Of a stretch of DNA of 64,000 nucleotides, positions 46,609 to 58,240 are shown one piece after another. The DNA comes from Camelus dromedarius (taxonomy: Eukaryota). The notes under the pieces are model-generated. The model was not told the DNA's origin and searched no databases. It saw only the letters and a list, made by a program, of their open reading frames with translations. Positions within the stretch are counted from its first letter, which is position 1. Every line of letters begins with the position of its first letter. A program made the position numbers and the translations under genes. The stretch is taken from the NCBI RefSeq assembly GCF_036321535.1, contig NC_087447.1, forward strand, positions 43,154,001-43,218,000, read 5' to 3'.

Positions 46609-49600
46609 CTTATGAATGTTTCCGGGGAGGTTACTCTGCATTGATCGCATGACTGACACAGACTTCAGGCTTCTCCCTTTGGCTTGGGAGTGGCACGGGA
46701 CCCTCCCTCTTAGTCCCCAGCAGGGAGGGGGCCCATGGAGCAGGGCATGGGTCTCCAGAGTGTGCTGCTGCCAAGCAGGGGAGCTGCAGGTGGGCTTTAG
46801 GGGGACGAAGTTGGGGGGAACAAAACAACCCCAAGCTCCTCCCACTCAGAAATGGGAACTGGGCTGTCGTCCCCCTCCCCGGCAGAGCATATACCCTGGC
46901 TCCTAAGATGAAGAGAGACAAGATGAAAATCTTCCTTCCTTGGGCTCCTATGTTACTTCCCTCCATTGAGAGCCCCCAGACTGCCCAGACAGGGACCCTG
47001 GTCTACCTCCATGGTAGGACCCCAAATCCTGAGCTCCCTGCCATGGGAGCACCATCCTTAAAACCCTCTTCACTTTCAGTGGGACAGACAGTGTTTGCTC
47101 TCTCCTCCTTGCAGCCTGAGCCCGACCTGGGACCCAGCTTTCTGCTCCTCTGGGTGAAAGAAAATGATCTTGTTTCACTGTAACTCTGTCCACATGGGCT
47201 GGAGACTCTCATTCATTCAGTTGGCAAACTTTAATCTACTCTGATTCAGCCCCATGCTGCAAGCACCAGACACGAGGATGAATCATGGATCACACACAGT
47301 CCGTGCCCTTGAGGAGGAGGGGGAAAGCCAGGAAAACAAACAGAGCACACCGCAGTAACGACACACACAACGGGAGACCTGGGACAGGCCGGTTCCCTGC
47401 AACAGATACAGGACCATTTGTGACGACTCCAGAGAGTCGGACAGAAAAGCCAATGGACACACAGTGAGATAGTTACATGCACTGGCAAGCAGGAGAGATG
47501 GACACGTGAGTAGATGGGTGTGGAGGCAGAGATAGGTTGAGACAGACAGACAGGAAGCCGGCAGGTGCTCAGACGGGAAGACACCCAGGCTGTTTTTCAT
47601 CCAGTGGCTGAGCTAGGCTCACCCAGGGCAGCAGAGATACTGTCTTGGTCATGGCTGCAGCCACAGTGCCAAGCACCTAGCCTGGAATTGAAAAGGTATC
47701 ACTGAACAGTATTAAGAAGAGAGCCTCCTTGGGTCCAAAGCCTAAACAGAGAAGGCTATATGAATAGGCTCCCCTCCCTACCCCACTCCCCACCACAGAT
47801 CAGGCCACTCACTCCTCCTTCCCTGGGGGCTGTTTTTATCTTGGCCACAGAACAGACTCCTGAAGAAGTCGGCCCACAGCTTCAAGCTCTGCCTGCTCCT
47901 GGGCAGGGAACTGGCTTCCTGGGTGGAGCGGGGCTGCACTGAGACCTCACATCACCTGCCACCAGGCCTGCTCCTCCACTTGGGGTGAAGTGGAAGGAGG
48001 GCTGCGCTCTTACCAGCACTTAGAGGAGGCTACTGGTTTTGTGGCCAGCGGCCCAGTCCGTGGGAAGGGATCGCTAGAGCCAAGGATCTGGGGATAGGAA
48101 TTCTCCACTTTGGGGCTTCCACCTTCTGTGAAGGAGCTGCACCCGTGTATGTGTGAGAGAACAGAGGCTGTGTTGGGTATTTATGAGTGAGTCTGGTGAG
48201 ACTGGGGAGCTGTCGTCTGGATGTGACCGTGTGAGACTGTGAATGGGTTTGCGCGTGTGTGCTTGAGGCTGGAGTCGTAATGAGGAATTTTCCTCACACA
48301 ACATGAACAAGTAAATTATTTCCCTGGACTGTAGCAGAGCTCCCAATGCCAAACTGTCCCTGGGCCCTTAGGCCTAGGATGGCTGTGCCCACACCAAGGA
48401 CCTAACTCCTAACTTCAGAGTTTGCTGCAGATAAAGTTGTAACACAAGTTAATTACATGGTTATCGAGAGAGAACGGAGCCACTCGAATGCAGTTTCTGG
48501 GCAATTACAATTGTTTCCAACAGAGTTACCATATTGCAGCCATGAAATAACGTGTCATTTTGCAGTAATTATGTAATTAACTTGTCTCACACTCTAGGTT
48601 GCACAACAATTAATTCACTCACAATGAGATAGACTCAAGCAGCCAGGCTTTGAAAGCCCCCTAAGAGCAAAGCTGGCCTTTTAAGATGACCCCAGCCCCA
48701 CTCTGCCCACCCCAGACCTTGCTGGGGGTCTTCCTCAGCTCAATATGTCATGGAACATTCCAAATCCAGCATCATGGCTCTGTTTTCTGCTGTCTCACCA
48801 TCCTCATCCAAGAAACAGGGATGATCTGTTTCCCAGGACAGCCACAAGGCTGAGATCTACACTGTGAAGTGTTGTGTTCACATGAGCTAGGGTCACCATC
48901 CTGGACATCATGAAGTCCTGAGTAGGAGACCCCTTGCCCAGGAAGACCCATAGCAGTCCACAGCTGCCCCTGAGAAGAGGCCACTCAGGCCTTGTCTCCA
49001 CAGGTGTGGAACCAATATTGGGGAGGGGAGGGAGCCAAAGAAGAGACCAATCTCTCTCTGTAGCAGAGCAACGGAGCTGGGGCTGGAATGGCTGCTGGGG
49101 GCCAGGGATTAGACACCTGGAGAGGGTTTGCAACCCCCACGGGAGACCCAGGAAGAGCCTGACCTCCCTTGTCTCCCTGGCCACTATGTAGGAGAAACTT
49201 GGTTAAGTGTAGGGCATGCATTGTTCCTACCTGGTTCTCCCTGAGGCTGTAACCCATGACAGAGGACTGGAGTTGGGGGGAGCCAGGGAGCACTGACCAT
49301 GAACCCTTAGAGGCTGTAACAACTCAGTCCGGGGCTTGTAAGTGGGGAAGATGTGGAAGGTCTTGTTGCTGTGCACAAGTACCCTCTATGCCCAACCAGC
49401 CAATGGCACCCCATCTCCCCTCCTGCCTTCCTTGGTAGCCTGGTGTCAGAGATATTCTAACGAGGGGCCTGGGACCCATGGAACATGGCACCTGCTTATA
49501 CCCCCACTCCTTGGTCTTAAGCTAGGCCACATAGTCTGTGTTTGGAAAGAAGTTTGATTCTAACCTTGACATTGCTGCAGGGCCCCCCACGAAATCTCAC

Positions 49601-50361
49601 ATGGGTCCCCTCTTCTCCTGGGCCTGGTCCCCAAAACTGTGCCCCACATCATGAGACACGTGCAAGCCGCGGATAGAGTCCATGTAAAATTCCTGCCTGG
49701 GGAATCTCATCCCTACATTCAGATAACTGCTCTCTCCCTTAAAGCTGTCAGAGATAGTCAAGGCCAGACTAAAGCTGGTGCTGAGTGATTCCCAGAACCA
49801 CCCATCTGGGGATGCTGCCACCAGGCGGGGGTAGGTTCAGGAAAGAAGCTTTGTAGCTGCAACTGTGCATTAATTACTCTTGGTGAAAATTCCAGTGAGA
49901 GACTTTTCAGGGAAAGCATGAGTTCCTTGAGGGCTCAGGAGCCCTTCAGCTGTCTGTGGCACCCAGGGTGGGGGTCTGCATCCCCTCATTCTCCTGCTTT
50001 CTCTGCAGGCACAACTGGATTCCAGAGAGGAGCTGAGCCAGGGGTTCCTCCCTGGGCTTGAATTCCAGACTCCTACCTTCTGGATCTCCTCTGTGAGCAG
50101 AGCAGGGAGCCCTGCTGGCGATGGAGTTTCCTATAGTTCCGTTAAGTCCAGTATTGTCTTCCAGAGTCTGAAGATGCTAAGGAACTGAAGCAGTTCCTGG
50201 GCCATTTCTCTTGTTCTTCCTTATCTCTGGTTGCACTTGGGGATCAAGGGGCTCTCCCCACAAGGGGTCTGAGGACTCCCCCAAATGACCCAGGCTTCCC
50301 TTCTCCCACCATCCTCCCCACCTGCCAGCACAGATCAGGGATCAGAGACAGCACACTCACC

Positions 50362-50545
50362 TGAGATAGAGGAAAAGAGAGACAGTGAGAGATGGGAGAG
50401 GGAATAAGAGAGCAGGGAGGAAGGGAGGAAAGGAGAGAGTAAGGAAAGGGAGGAGAAAAGGGGAGTGGGGGAGAGGATGGCAAGAGATGAGATGGGGTGA
50501 GGGTGGGAGAGAAGAGAGAGAGAGAATGGGCAAAGGGTCTGGGAA
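50362..50545 (+). repeat. Purine-rich (GA) low-complexity tract
   Basis: ~180 bp of almost only A/G on the + strand. Confidence 0.85.
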
Positions 50546-50589
50546 GAATCTTTTAACAGCAGGGAAGGTGTAGGGTGAGGGCAGCCATG

Positions 50590-50850
50590 GTGGCAAAGGG
50601 CAGTGTGGCACAGTGGTGGCATGTGGCCCAGGAGCCAGATTATGTGGGTTCCAATCATCACTCCTCTGCTTGGCAGCTGTACAGCCTTGGGCAGCTTACT
50701 TAGCTCTCATCTTACAGATGAAGAGTTTTCTCATCTTTACAAGGCGGGTGTTGGTGGTACCTCCTTCTCAGGGCTGCCTTGAGCACCAGCTGAGTTATCA
50801 CACGGACAGCACTTACTCCCAGCTGTGACTGGCTCGTGGTAAACACCAGT
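50590..50850 (+). mobile_element. MIR SINE
   Basis: ggcagtgtggcacagtgg...ggagccagattatgtgggttccaatc...gcagctgtacagccttgggcagcttactt...tctcatctttacaagg. Confidence 0.7.
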
Positions 50851-53800
50851 CACTGCTGGGACATTCGCTTTCTACAGCCAGCACTAGGTCAGCTGGCTCT
50901 GAGGCCTGGGCCCTCCCGCGGGAGGCCTTGGCTCCCCACGGCAGCCTCTAGCCTCACCCCACAGGCTGTTCCTGGGCATCGGGGTGTGCTCTCTGGAAAG
51001 GGTATTGCGCTCTGAGACCAGTGGGAAACGAGCTCAGTGAGCTTTCACGAGTGAAAACATGCCCAACCTGTTTGAGCCACCCCTCAACTCTATTAGGGAG
51101 GTGCTATTTTTATCATCCCTGTTGCTATGGGTCTATTATTATCATCATATCCATTTTACAGTTGAAGAAACTGAGGCTCAAAGAGCCATTCTAGTAAGTA
51201 GAAGAACCTGGATCTGAATTCAGCCCTCCAGATTCCATGCAGGCAATTCCCATGTGAAACTGATGCCTAGAGGCAGCCCCATGCAGTGGAAGGAACTGAC
51301 AGTACACAGCAGGTTTTACCCAGGACAAAGCCCCTAGACCCTCTGCCCCATCCTTGTTTCTCACTACAACCTATCCCCCAACTGAGAACTTGGTCCTTGG
51401 GTAAGGAGGGCCCTTGGGCAATTCTGTCCCTTATTGCACGTCCTAACTGAGCCTGTCACTGGGCCTGGCCTGTGCTATGTGCCAGGTGGGATGAGCAACT
51501 CCAGATGATGGAGTCAGAGGCAGTGCAGGGTGGGGCAATGGTATGACTTCAGGAGCTCACCCAGTCCCTGGGCTAGAGTTTTCTCAGTTATCCAATCCCT
51601 GGGCTGGAGGTTTGTCAGTTATCCAGTCCCCAAGCTGGAGATTTCTCAGTTGAGGCAGGCCCCAGTGCATCATCATTCATTCAGTCAGGGAGCCAGCCTG
51701 TCAGCCAGTCAGCAGACATGAATCAAGTGTCTGCTACATGCCAGGCATGGTGCTGGGTGCTGAAGAATGGAAACACCAGTGGAGAAGGCAGACAGGGTCC
51801 TTCTCCATGTGGAGTTTACAGCCTAGTTGGGGAGACAGAGAATAAAAAAAATGGATCAATAACAAGTTAAATATAGTGCTGAGTGACTAGAGGGAGGCCT
51901 ACTTTAGACAGAGCAGGAAGGAATGACCACACTTACAGACCATCCAAATCCAAGGGCTCACTTTGGGGAAATTGAGACCTAGAGAGGAACAACGACTAGG
52001 GCACACTAGTCATCCTGGTCTGGGAGCCTGACCTCCTGGCCCTCCTCAACCTGGCCCAGGGCTCTCTGTCTCCTGCATCCTGAGAACTGCATCCAGCCAA
52101 GGATCTTACTTGGGCACACAGTGCATGGAGGAGAGAAAGCATCACTCAGCCCTGACGCCTGCTCGCTGCTTCTCTCCCTTTGTTTTCCAGGTTAATAAGA
52201 AATAGTGCTCCTTAAAATACCAAGAAACTGGGCTTGGGTTCTTGGCTGCCATCACCAGTCTCCCTGCCTCATAACACCACTAACTTGGGACAGATTGGCC
52301 AGATCCATGGCTTCTGGGGATTCTAGCCTGATTGTTCTGAACACTTGGAATCACTGCCCTCCACAGAGGATGCATCAAGAAAGTAGGTTTCTCTGCAGAC
52401 TCTGCATGACCAGTTTTCCAGGGTAAGAAGAAGATTTGCTGGATTTGCTGTAAAAGCAGGAAATGGCGATGCCCAGAGGGCCATAGGACTGTGGTGTCCA
52501 GCATGACCCTTCTTTTCCTCTTCTCCAGACCTCACTGCCCTCAGCCCGGCTGGTCTGTTCTGAGAGGGGAAGAGGTCCAGGTTAAGGCTTAGCCTCAGGG
52601 CTCCTAATGGACCGTCCCAGCTCCTGGGATCCAGAGGGGGGCCAAGGTAGGTGGGTTTCTCTTGGCTGTGCATCACAGAGCTGAGGTTGGAGGCTCCTGC
52701 TGCTGCCAACAATGAAGCCCATCAGGTGCTTCTAGGGGAAGGGTTGTTCTGTCCCCTCCTGTGGCCGACCCTCCCTCTTTACCCCAGCCTTTCATGCAGT
52801 GCTGTGATTTCCAGAATCCAGCTGACAGTAGAGCCCCTCACTCCTAGGCTGGGGAAATCCACCCCCTAGGCTTCCATCCACCCCTACTCTCTTACAGTGA
52901 AGAAGTGAGGAAGACTTTGCACAAAGTAGAGTTGGGGTGGGCACTGGTTTCATGGGAATCAGGGGACACTGGACCCCCTTCTTTAAGTTCCCACAGGCTG
53001 GCTGCCCCTCAGCCTGGGGCCCAGCTGGCCCAGGCCTGCCGCTTCACTCCCCCAACCCCACACCTGTCTTCAATAAGACTTCAGTAAGACTGGAGCCTAT
53101 ATGGAAGCTTCTCTCTGTGATTATTAAGTGACCCCCTCCTCCTGCCCCTCTGCTTTCATTAGAGACAAAAGAGCTAATTACTAACCACTCTGAGGCCCCA
53201 CTAAGGGCCAGTTTAGAGCTGTCACAGCTCTTAAAATGGGATTTAAAAATCCCATTTCCCTGTGATGAAATGGGCTACTCCTCCCTCCCCATTAAGGCTA
53301 ATTGCTACCACTTCCCATCTGAAGAGGGACCCTGCTCCTTGTCCTCCTACCCAGCCATGTCTCAGGCAGTGGGTTTTTACAGAAGCCTTTCCAGGCTGCT
53401 GGGAAGGGAGGCAGCAAGCAGATGTCCCAGTGAGTTTAGGAAGGCTGAGCTTGGAGGACACTGGGCAGTACAGGCCCACTATGGGGGAGTTGGAATGGAG
53501 AGGTGTTGAGGAGGAAGGATAAAGAGAAATGAATCCTGAATGGTGGCCACCATCCCCTCTGGAACTTCAAAGTGTCCCTGCCCAAATCCCAGGCTTGAAC
53601 ATGCCCTGCAATGAGGAGAACCAGGTCAGAGCCACAGAGCTCCCTGGAGCTCTCCATGGTCCTGAACTTTTGGAGCCTGAGCCTTTTGGATCTTGATCAG
53701 ATGTAGAGAGGAAGGAGTGGTGGAAAATATCTCCAAATATTATGATGTGGCCTTCCTCTGGAAGACAGGAGCTCACTACCTCCAGAAGCAGCTGGATTTT

Positions 53801-53902
53801 AAGAAGGGAGGCCCCTGCTCAGGCCCCTTTAACTGCAGGAAACTATGCCAACACTGCCTTTCTTTGTGACCCCGTCTTCTTCCCCTTTGCCTCCCATCTG
53901 GG

Positions 53903-54979
53903 ACCTGCAAGGTGGAAAAACCAAACTAAAAATCAGACTATCTAAAAAGGGGCAATCTTAATTTCAGCATACATGTAAGTTTGCTTTATTTCAAAAATAC
54001 AATTTTCTTTTGCATTTTAGGTACTGTATTTATTTTAAATCACATAGTGGGCTGTCCTAATGCTGTTTTCTTAGCTTGGGGTCTCTAACTTGGGCTTCCA
54101 ACTCTATCTGGCTCTGCTCTCTTGTATTCACTCCCACTTTCTGGGAGCCCTCGAGTCCCCTCTCAAAGGACATGTGGTGGTGGGCTGTCACTGTATGCAC
54201 TCTTCCCAGCCCCACCAGCAGTAGCTGCCCACCAATGTTTTGGCCATAACCTGTTTAAGTAGGAATGTAAGAAAAAGAAAGTGGCATGATCTGTCCTGTT
54301 GGGGACTCTCAGGCCTCTGCAAGGCAAACCCTGGGCCCTCTTCAGGCCAAGCAGGGGTCAGACTCTTAACTTCCACCACTGGCTTTGTCTCTTGGGACCC
54401 TCACTGCTAGCAGCACTTTGAAGAATGAGGCACCATATTCCTAACCTCCCTTCCTCCACTCTACCAGTCCTGTATACCTTCAAGCTTTGCCTTCTGATTT
54501 TTGCAGAAAAACAGGCAAGGATAAAAACTCCACACAGATCCCGGAGTCCCACAATACATGTAGAGTCCAGGCTCCTGATCCCATCTCGGTGATGACCAGA
54601 TCTGCACTACACTTCTGGTTGCCTTTATTCCCTAGGGGAATGGTCACATGTCTACCCGCCCCTACTGTTCAGTAGTCCTTTTGTCCAGCAAAATAATGCA
54701 CTTGGGCCTGAAGAGACTTTAGAGGCAGGATATCAAGAGCCCCTTCTTCCCTATGGCCTGTTTGCATCCCTGAGGTCAGAGGTCTGTGCCCTCTGGGAAC
54801 TTACCCACCCAACAGGGTCAATGACAACTCCCCAATCAATGATTTAAAATAAATACAGTACCTAAAATGCAAAAGAAAATTGTATTTTTGAAATAAAACA
54901 AACGTACACGTATGCTGAAATTAAGAGTGCCCCTTTTTAGATAGTCTGATTTTTAGTTTGGTTTTTCCACCTTGCAGGT
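53903..54979. repeat. Inverted repeat pair: 140-bp arms (53903-54042 and 54840-54979), 797-bp spacer
   Basis: Manual reverse-complement comparison gives 136/140 identity with no indels. Confidence 0.95.
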
Positions 54980-56059
54980 GAAAATGTTTCCGTTTATTAA
55001 ATCCATGTCACCTCTGTTGCTGTATTTGTCTCACAGCCACTCTGAGAGAGCACACGTTAATATCCCCACGTTACAGGTGAGGAAATAAAACATATTGTAA
55101 TGCAGCTAGGTGTTGCCGAGGAGAGAACAGAAGTCAGCTCGTCTGAATCTTGGGACAGGATGCCTGCTCTTTGGTTCCTCAGGTATATGCCATCAGTATC
55201 AGCAATACATGGTGAGAACAAATGGATGTGTACCATGCTGTGAGAACTCTGAAGATGGTGGCCGTGGGGTACAAAAATATCTGAAAGGAGGCACTGAGTT
55301 GCTTCTTACAGAAAGAATAGCTAGAAATGTGCAGGAAGGCCTTACAGGTACAGGGCGGAAGTTGACTGCTTGAAACAGAAGGGATGTTAGGACATAGAAT
55401 GTGTTTGGAGTTGACATGGGGGGGGGCAAGAAATTGGAAGCTGAGCAGAAGAGTTTAAGCCTTCTATGTGCAGGGCAATAAAGAGCTGTAATAGGTTCTT
55501 GAGCAGAAGGTGGCATGTAAGGAAGGAGGCAGAAGGAAAGAGCTGTAGTTCATGGAGATACTGGATGGTCTCTGGCTTGGGGAACAAGGCACATGATTGG
55601 GGTCAGGGGGTGCCCTTTATTGAGGAGGACTCTGAGGGGAGTTGGAATGGAGAGAAGGTGTTAAGGAGGAAAGAGAAAGAGAAAATGAGTCCTGAATGGT
55701 GGCTATTTCTGGTGATAGACCAGAAATGTTCAGCAGATGGCCAAGTTCAGCACCATGAAGTGATACTTTTAAATGCTGCCTCTGCCAAGGGGTAATAATA
55801 CTGATTGCAAGAAGAGATGATCACTCTCTTGGCTAAAAATTGGACAGGACATAGGCTAGGGCAGAGCTCTGTGGCTGGTCACTAGGCATCTCCTATCAAG
55901 GTACCCTTATTTGGTGCTCTTTGAGGGCAGTTCTTCAAACAGCTGAGTCATACCATGTCACACAATTTTCCATCACAGGCATGGATGAGGTTATGAAAGA
56001 ATCTAGCAAAAGTCCAGACACCACAAACCATCCCTGATAGCTGTTAAGTGACATAGGTG

Positions 56060-56720
56060 GAAAAAAGTGAGGTTGGTTAAATTCATCTGTCTATTCCTCC
56101 CTCCTTCCATTCCTCCTCCCATCCATTTTTCTCTCTATCCAATGTATGTTGAGTGTCTAAAGTAGGATCAGGCAAGGGAGATACAAAAGAGAGGAAGCAA
56201 AGTCCCTCCCCTCAAAAACTTTCACAGGCAGAAGGGGATTCAGGAGCCAGCCAGCAAAAAAAGTCGTAACTCAGTGTGGTCAATGTCCTGACAGAGCTTC
56301 AGGAAGGAGGGAGACAAGTGACTAACAGCCTGGGAGACCGGAGGGTTTCTGAGGAAAGAGCACCTGAACCATCCAACAAGGGAGGATGCACACAGCAGGC
56401 AGTGAAAGGCCCAGAAGTGGGAGAGAGTGGGCTTGGGTGGAGGGTGGTCCAGAGCTCGGTGTGACCACAGCACAACACAGAGGCCCTGGAGCAGAGCAGC
56501 CAGGCTGCTGGCAGGAGCCCTCATGCTGGGCTAGGGAGATGGGCCTTGATCCTCGAGGCAACAGGGAAATGTCAGAGCTTTGTAAATGGAACAAGGACAT
56601 GATCAGATCTGTGCTCTTTGAAAGATCACTCTGGGGTGATAAAAAGGGTGAACCAGAGAGAGCAGACACCAGGGGTGGAGACACCTGCAGTTTCAATTGA
56701 CCAGGTGAGAAATGAGTTTT
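56060..56720 (+). mobile_element. LINE-2 fragment
   Basis: cattcctcctcccatcc...gttgagtgtc...ggcaacagggaaatgtcagagctttgtaaatggaacaaggacatgatcagatctgtgctctttgaaagatcactctgg. Confidence 0.7.
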
Positions 56721-57329
56721 GCATGACTTGCTCTTCATGGGCCCCTGCTGGGATTTTGTATTTTTATACCCATTCAGAAAACATATACTAGAACCCTCCT
56801 GGGGATGAAGAGGTGAATTGCTCTACCCACCTCTAGCTTCCAAGGTCTGCTTTTTCCCTTTTCAGACAACCTAGCCTCCCAGATCTCCTTCCAAGGACTG
56901 CTACCTGTGTTCTGTTCCTAGGGCATTTGCGGGCACAGAGAATAAAACAGCCGAAGGAATGGTGTTCACATCGGGCAGACAATCTTTTATGAGCTGAGAT
57001 GGACTGTGGCTATCTCCTCAGTCTCCCCCAGCACCCATTACCTGGGAAGACAGTCGGGGCTCATAGAGAAAGAAATTAAGAATGGCACCAATATCCCAAA
57101 TGACTCAGATGGGAGCGTTCTCTGTGAATGGAGGAGCCTGTGAAGGCAGGTTCAGAAGTGAGTCAAACACTTCCTTAGCACAATAATGCCAGGTCATAAT
57201 TTTTGGAGAGAAAAAAGAATCAGGTCATTAGGAGGAATATGCATTCCTCTGGTGAGATCAGCTTTGTTGCAGTGGTGAATTTCTCTTAGAGAACTCCAGG
57301 AAGAAGCAGTGCAGGTCTGGTTGAGAAAC

Positions 57330-57720
57330 TGAAGCAGAGTCAAGCACAAGTATCTTTTTCTTTGTCATAGGAACCAGGGAGCATCTACCTGAGACACCCT
57401 CTGTGGTGGTCATTTCGTTGACTCCTAAGCTCCATTCCACGGATGATCAGTCTAAATCAAAAGAGTGTACCAAGCACCTGTATTGGTCCAGAGTGAGTTG
57501 GTAGCCAAGTTATCCTGAAGTAGTTCTATTTGCCACTGGAAGCATCTTATAACCATAAAGGAAACCAGCCTTAGAATGAAACCAACACCCAGGAAGTCAG
57601 AATGGAGGAATGGAAACACCTATGTCCTTGATGGCTTCACTAAGCTGCTGGGAGTATACACTTGGGGTCCACTCGACTTCTGATGTCTATTTTTTTTTTT
57701 GGCTCCTTTTCAAACTAATG
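57330..57720 (+). mobile_element. MaLR LTR (MLT1J/K-like) remnant
   Basis: gcatcttataaccataaaggaaaccagccttagaatgaaaccaacacccaggaagtcagaatggaggaatggaaacacctatgtccttgatggc. Confidence 0.55.
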
Positions 57721-57989
57721 AATCTGAACCATGGAGGACAGGAGGTATTGAGAAGTTGTGGGACCCTTTGCTGAGAACCTTATTGCCAACTAGGCTGCAT
57801 TAGCAGAGTGTAGCATCTAAAATATGGAAGGTAATGGACTCACTCTTTCTTCTGGCCAGACTACATCTGGGTTTTGGACATCAGGAAGGAGGTCCAGGAT
57901 CGCAGGGAGAGGGAGACCTTGCTAGACAAGGAGCATCTGCAGCAACTGAGCTTGTTAACTGCAGAAGAACAGCCTCAGGGCCATGGTGT

Positions 57990-58240
57990 TCCAGTCTGGG
58001 GAGTAGAGCGGTCACAAGTCGGGGCTCTGGGGTCTGGCAATGTGAGGTTTGGTGTCTGGTGCTGTTACTTCTATCAGTGACCTTGCCTAGGTTACATCAC
58101 ACATCTGTGCCTCAGAATGCCATCTACCTCACAGGGCTATTAGGAAGACTAAATGAGGTGATGCATGATAGGTGCCTAGTACTGTGTGTGGCACATAGTA
58201 GTTCCTCAATTAATATTAGATACTACCATGATTACTGCTG
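57990..58240 (+). mobile_element. MIR SINE
   Basis: gtgaccttgcctaggttacatcacacatctgtgcctcag...ctacctcacagggctattaggaagactaaatgagg...gtggcacatagtagttcctcaat. Confidence 0.75.
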
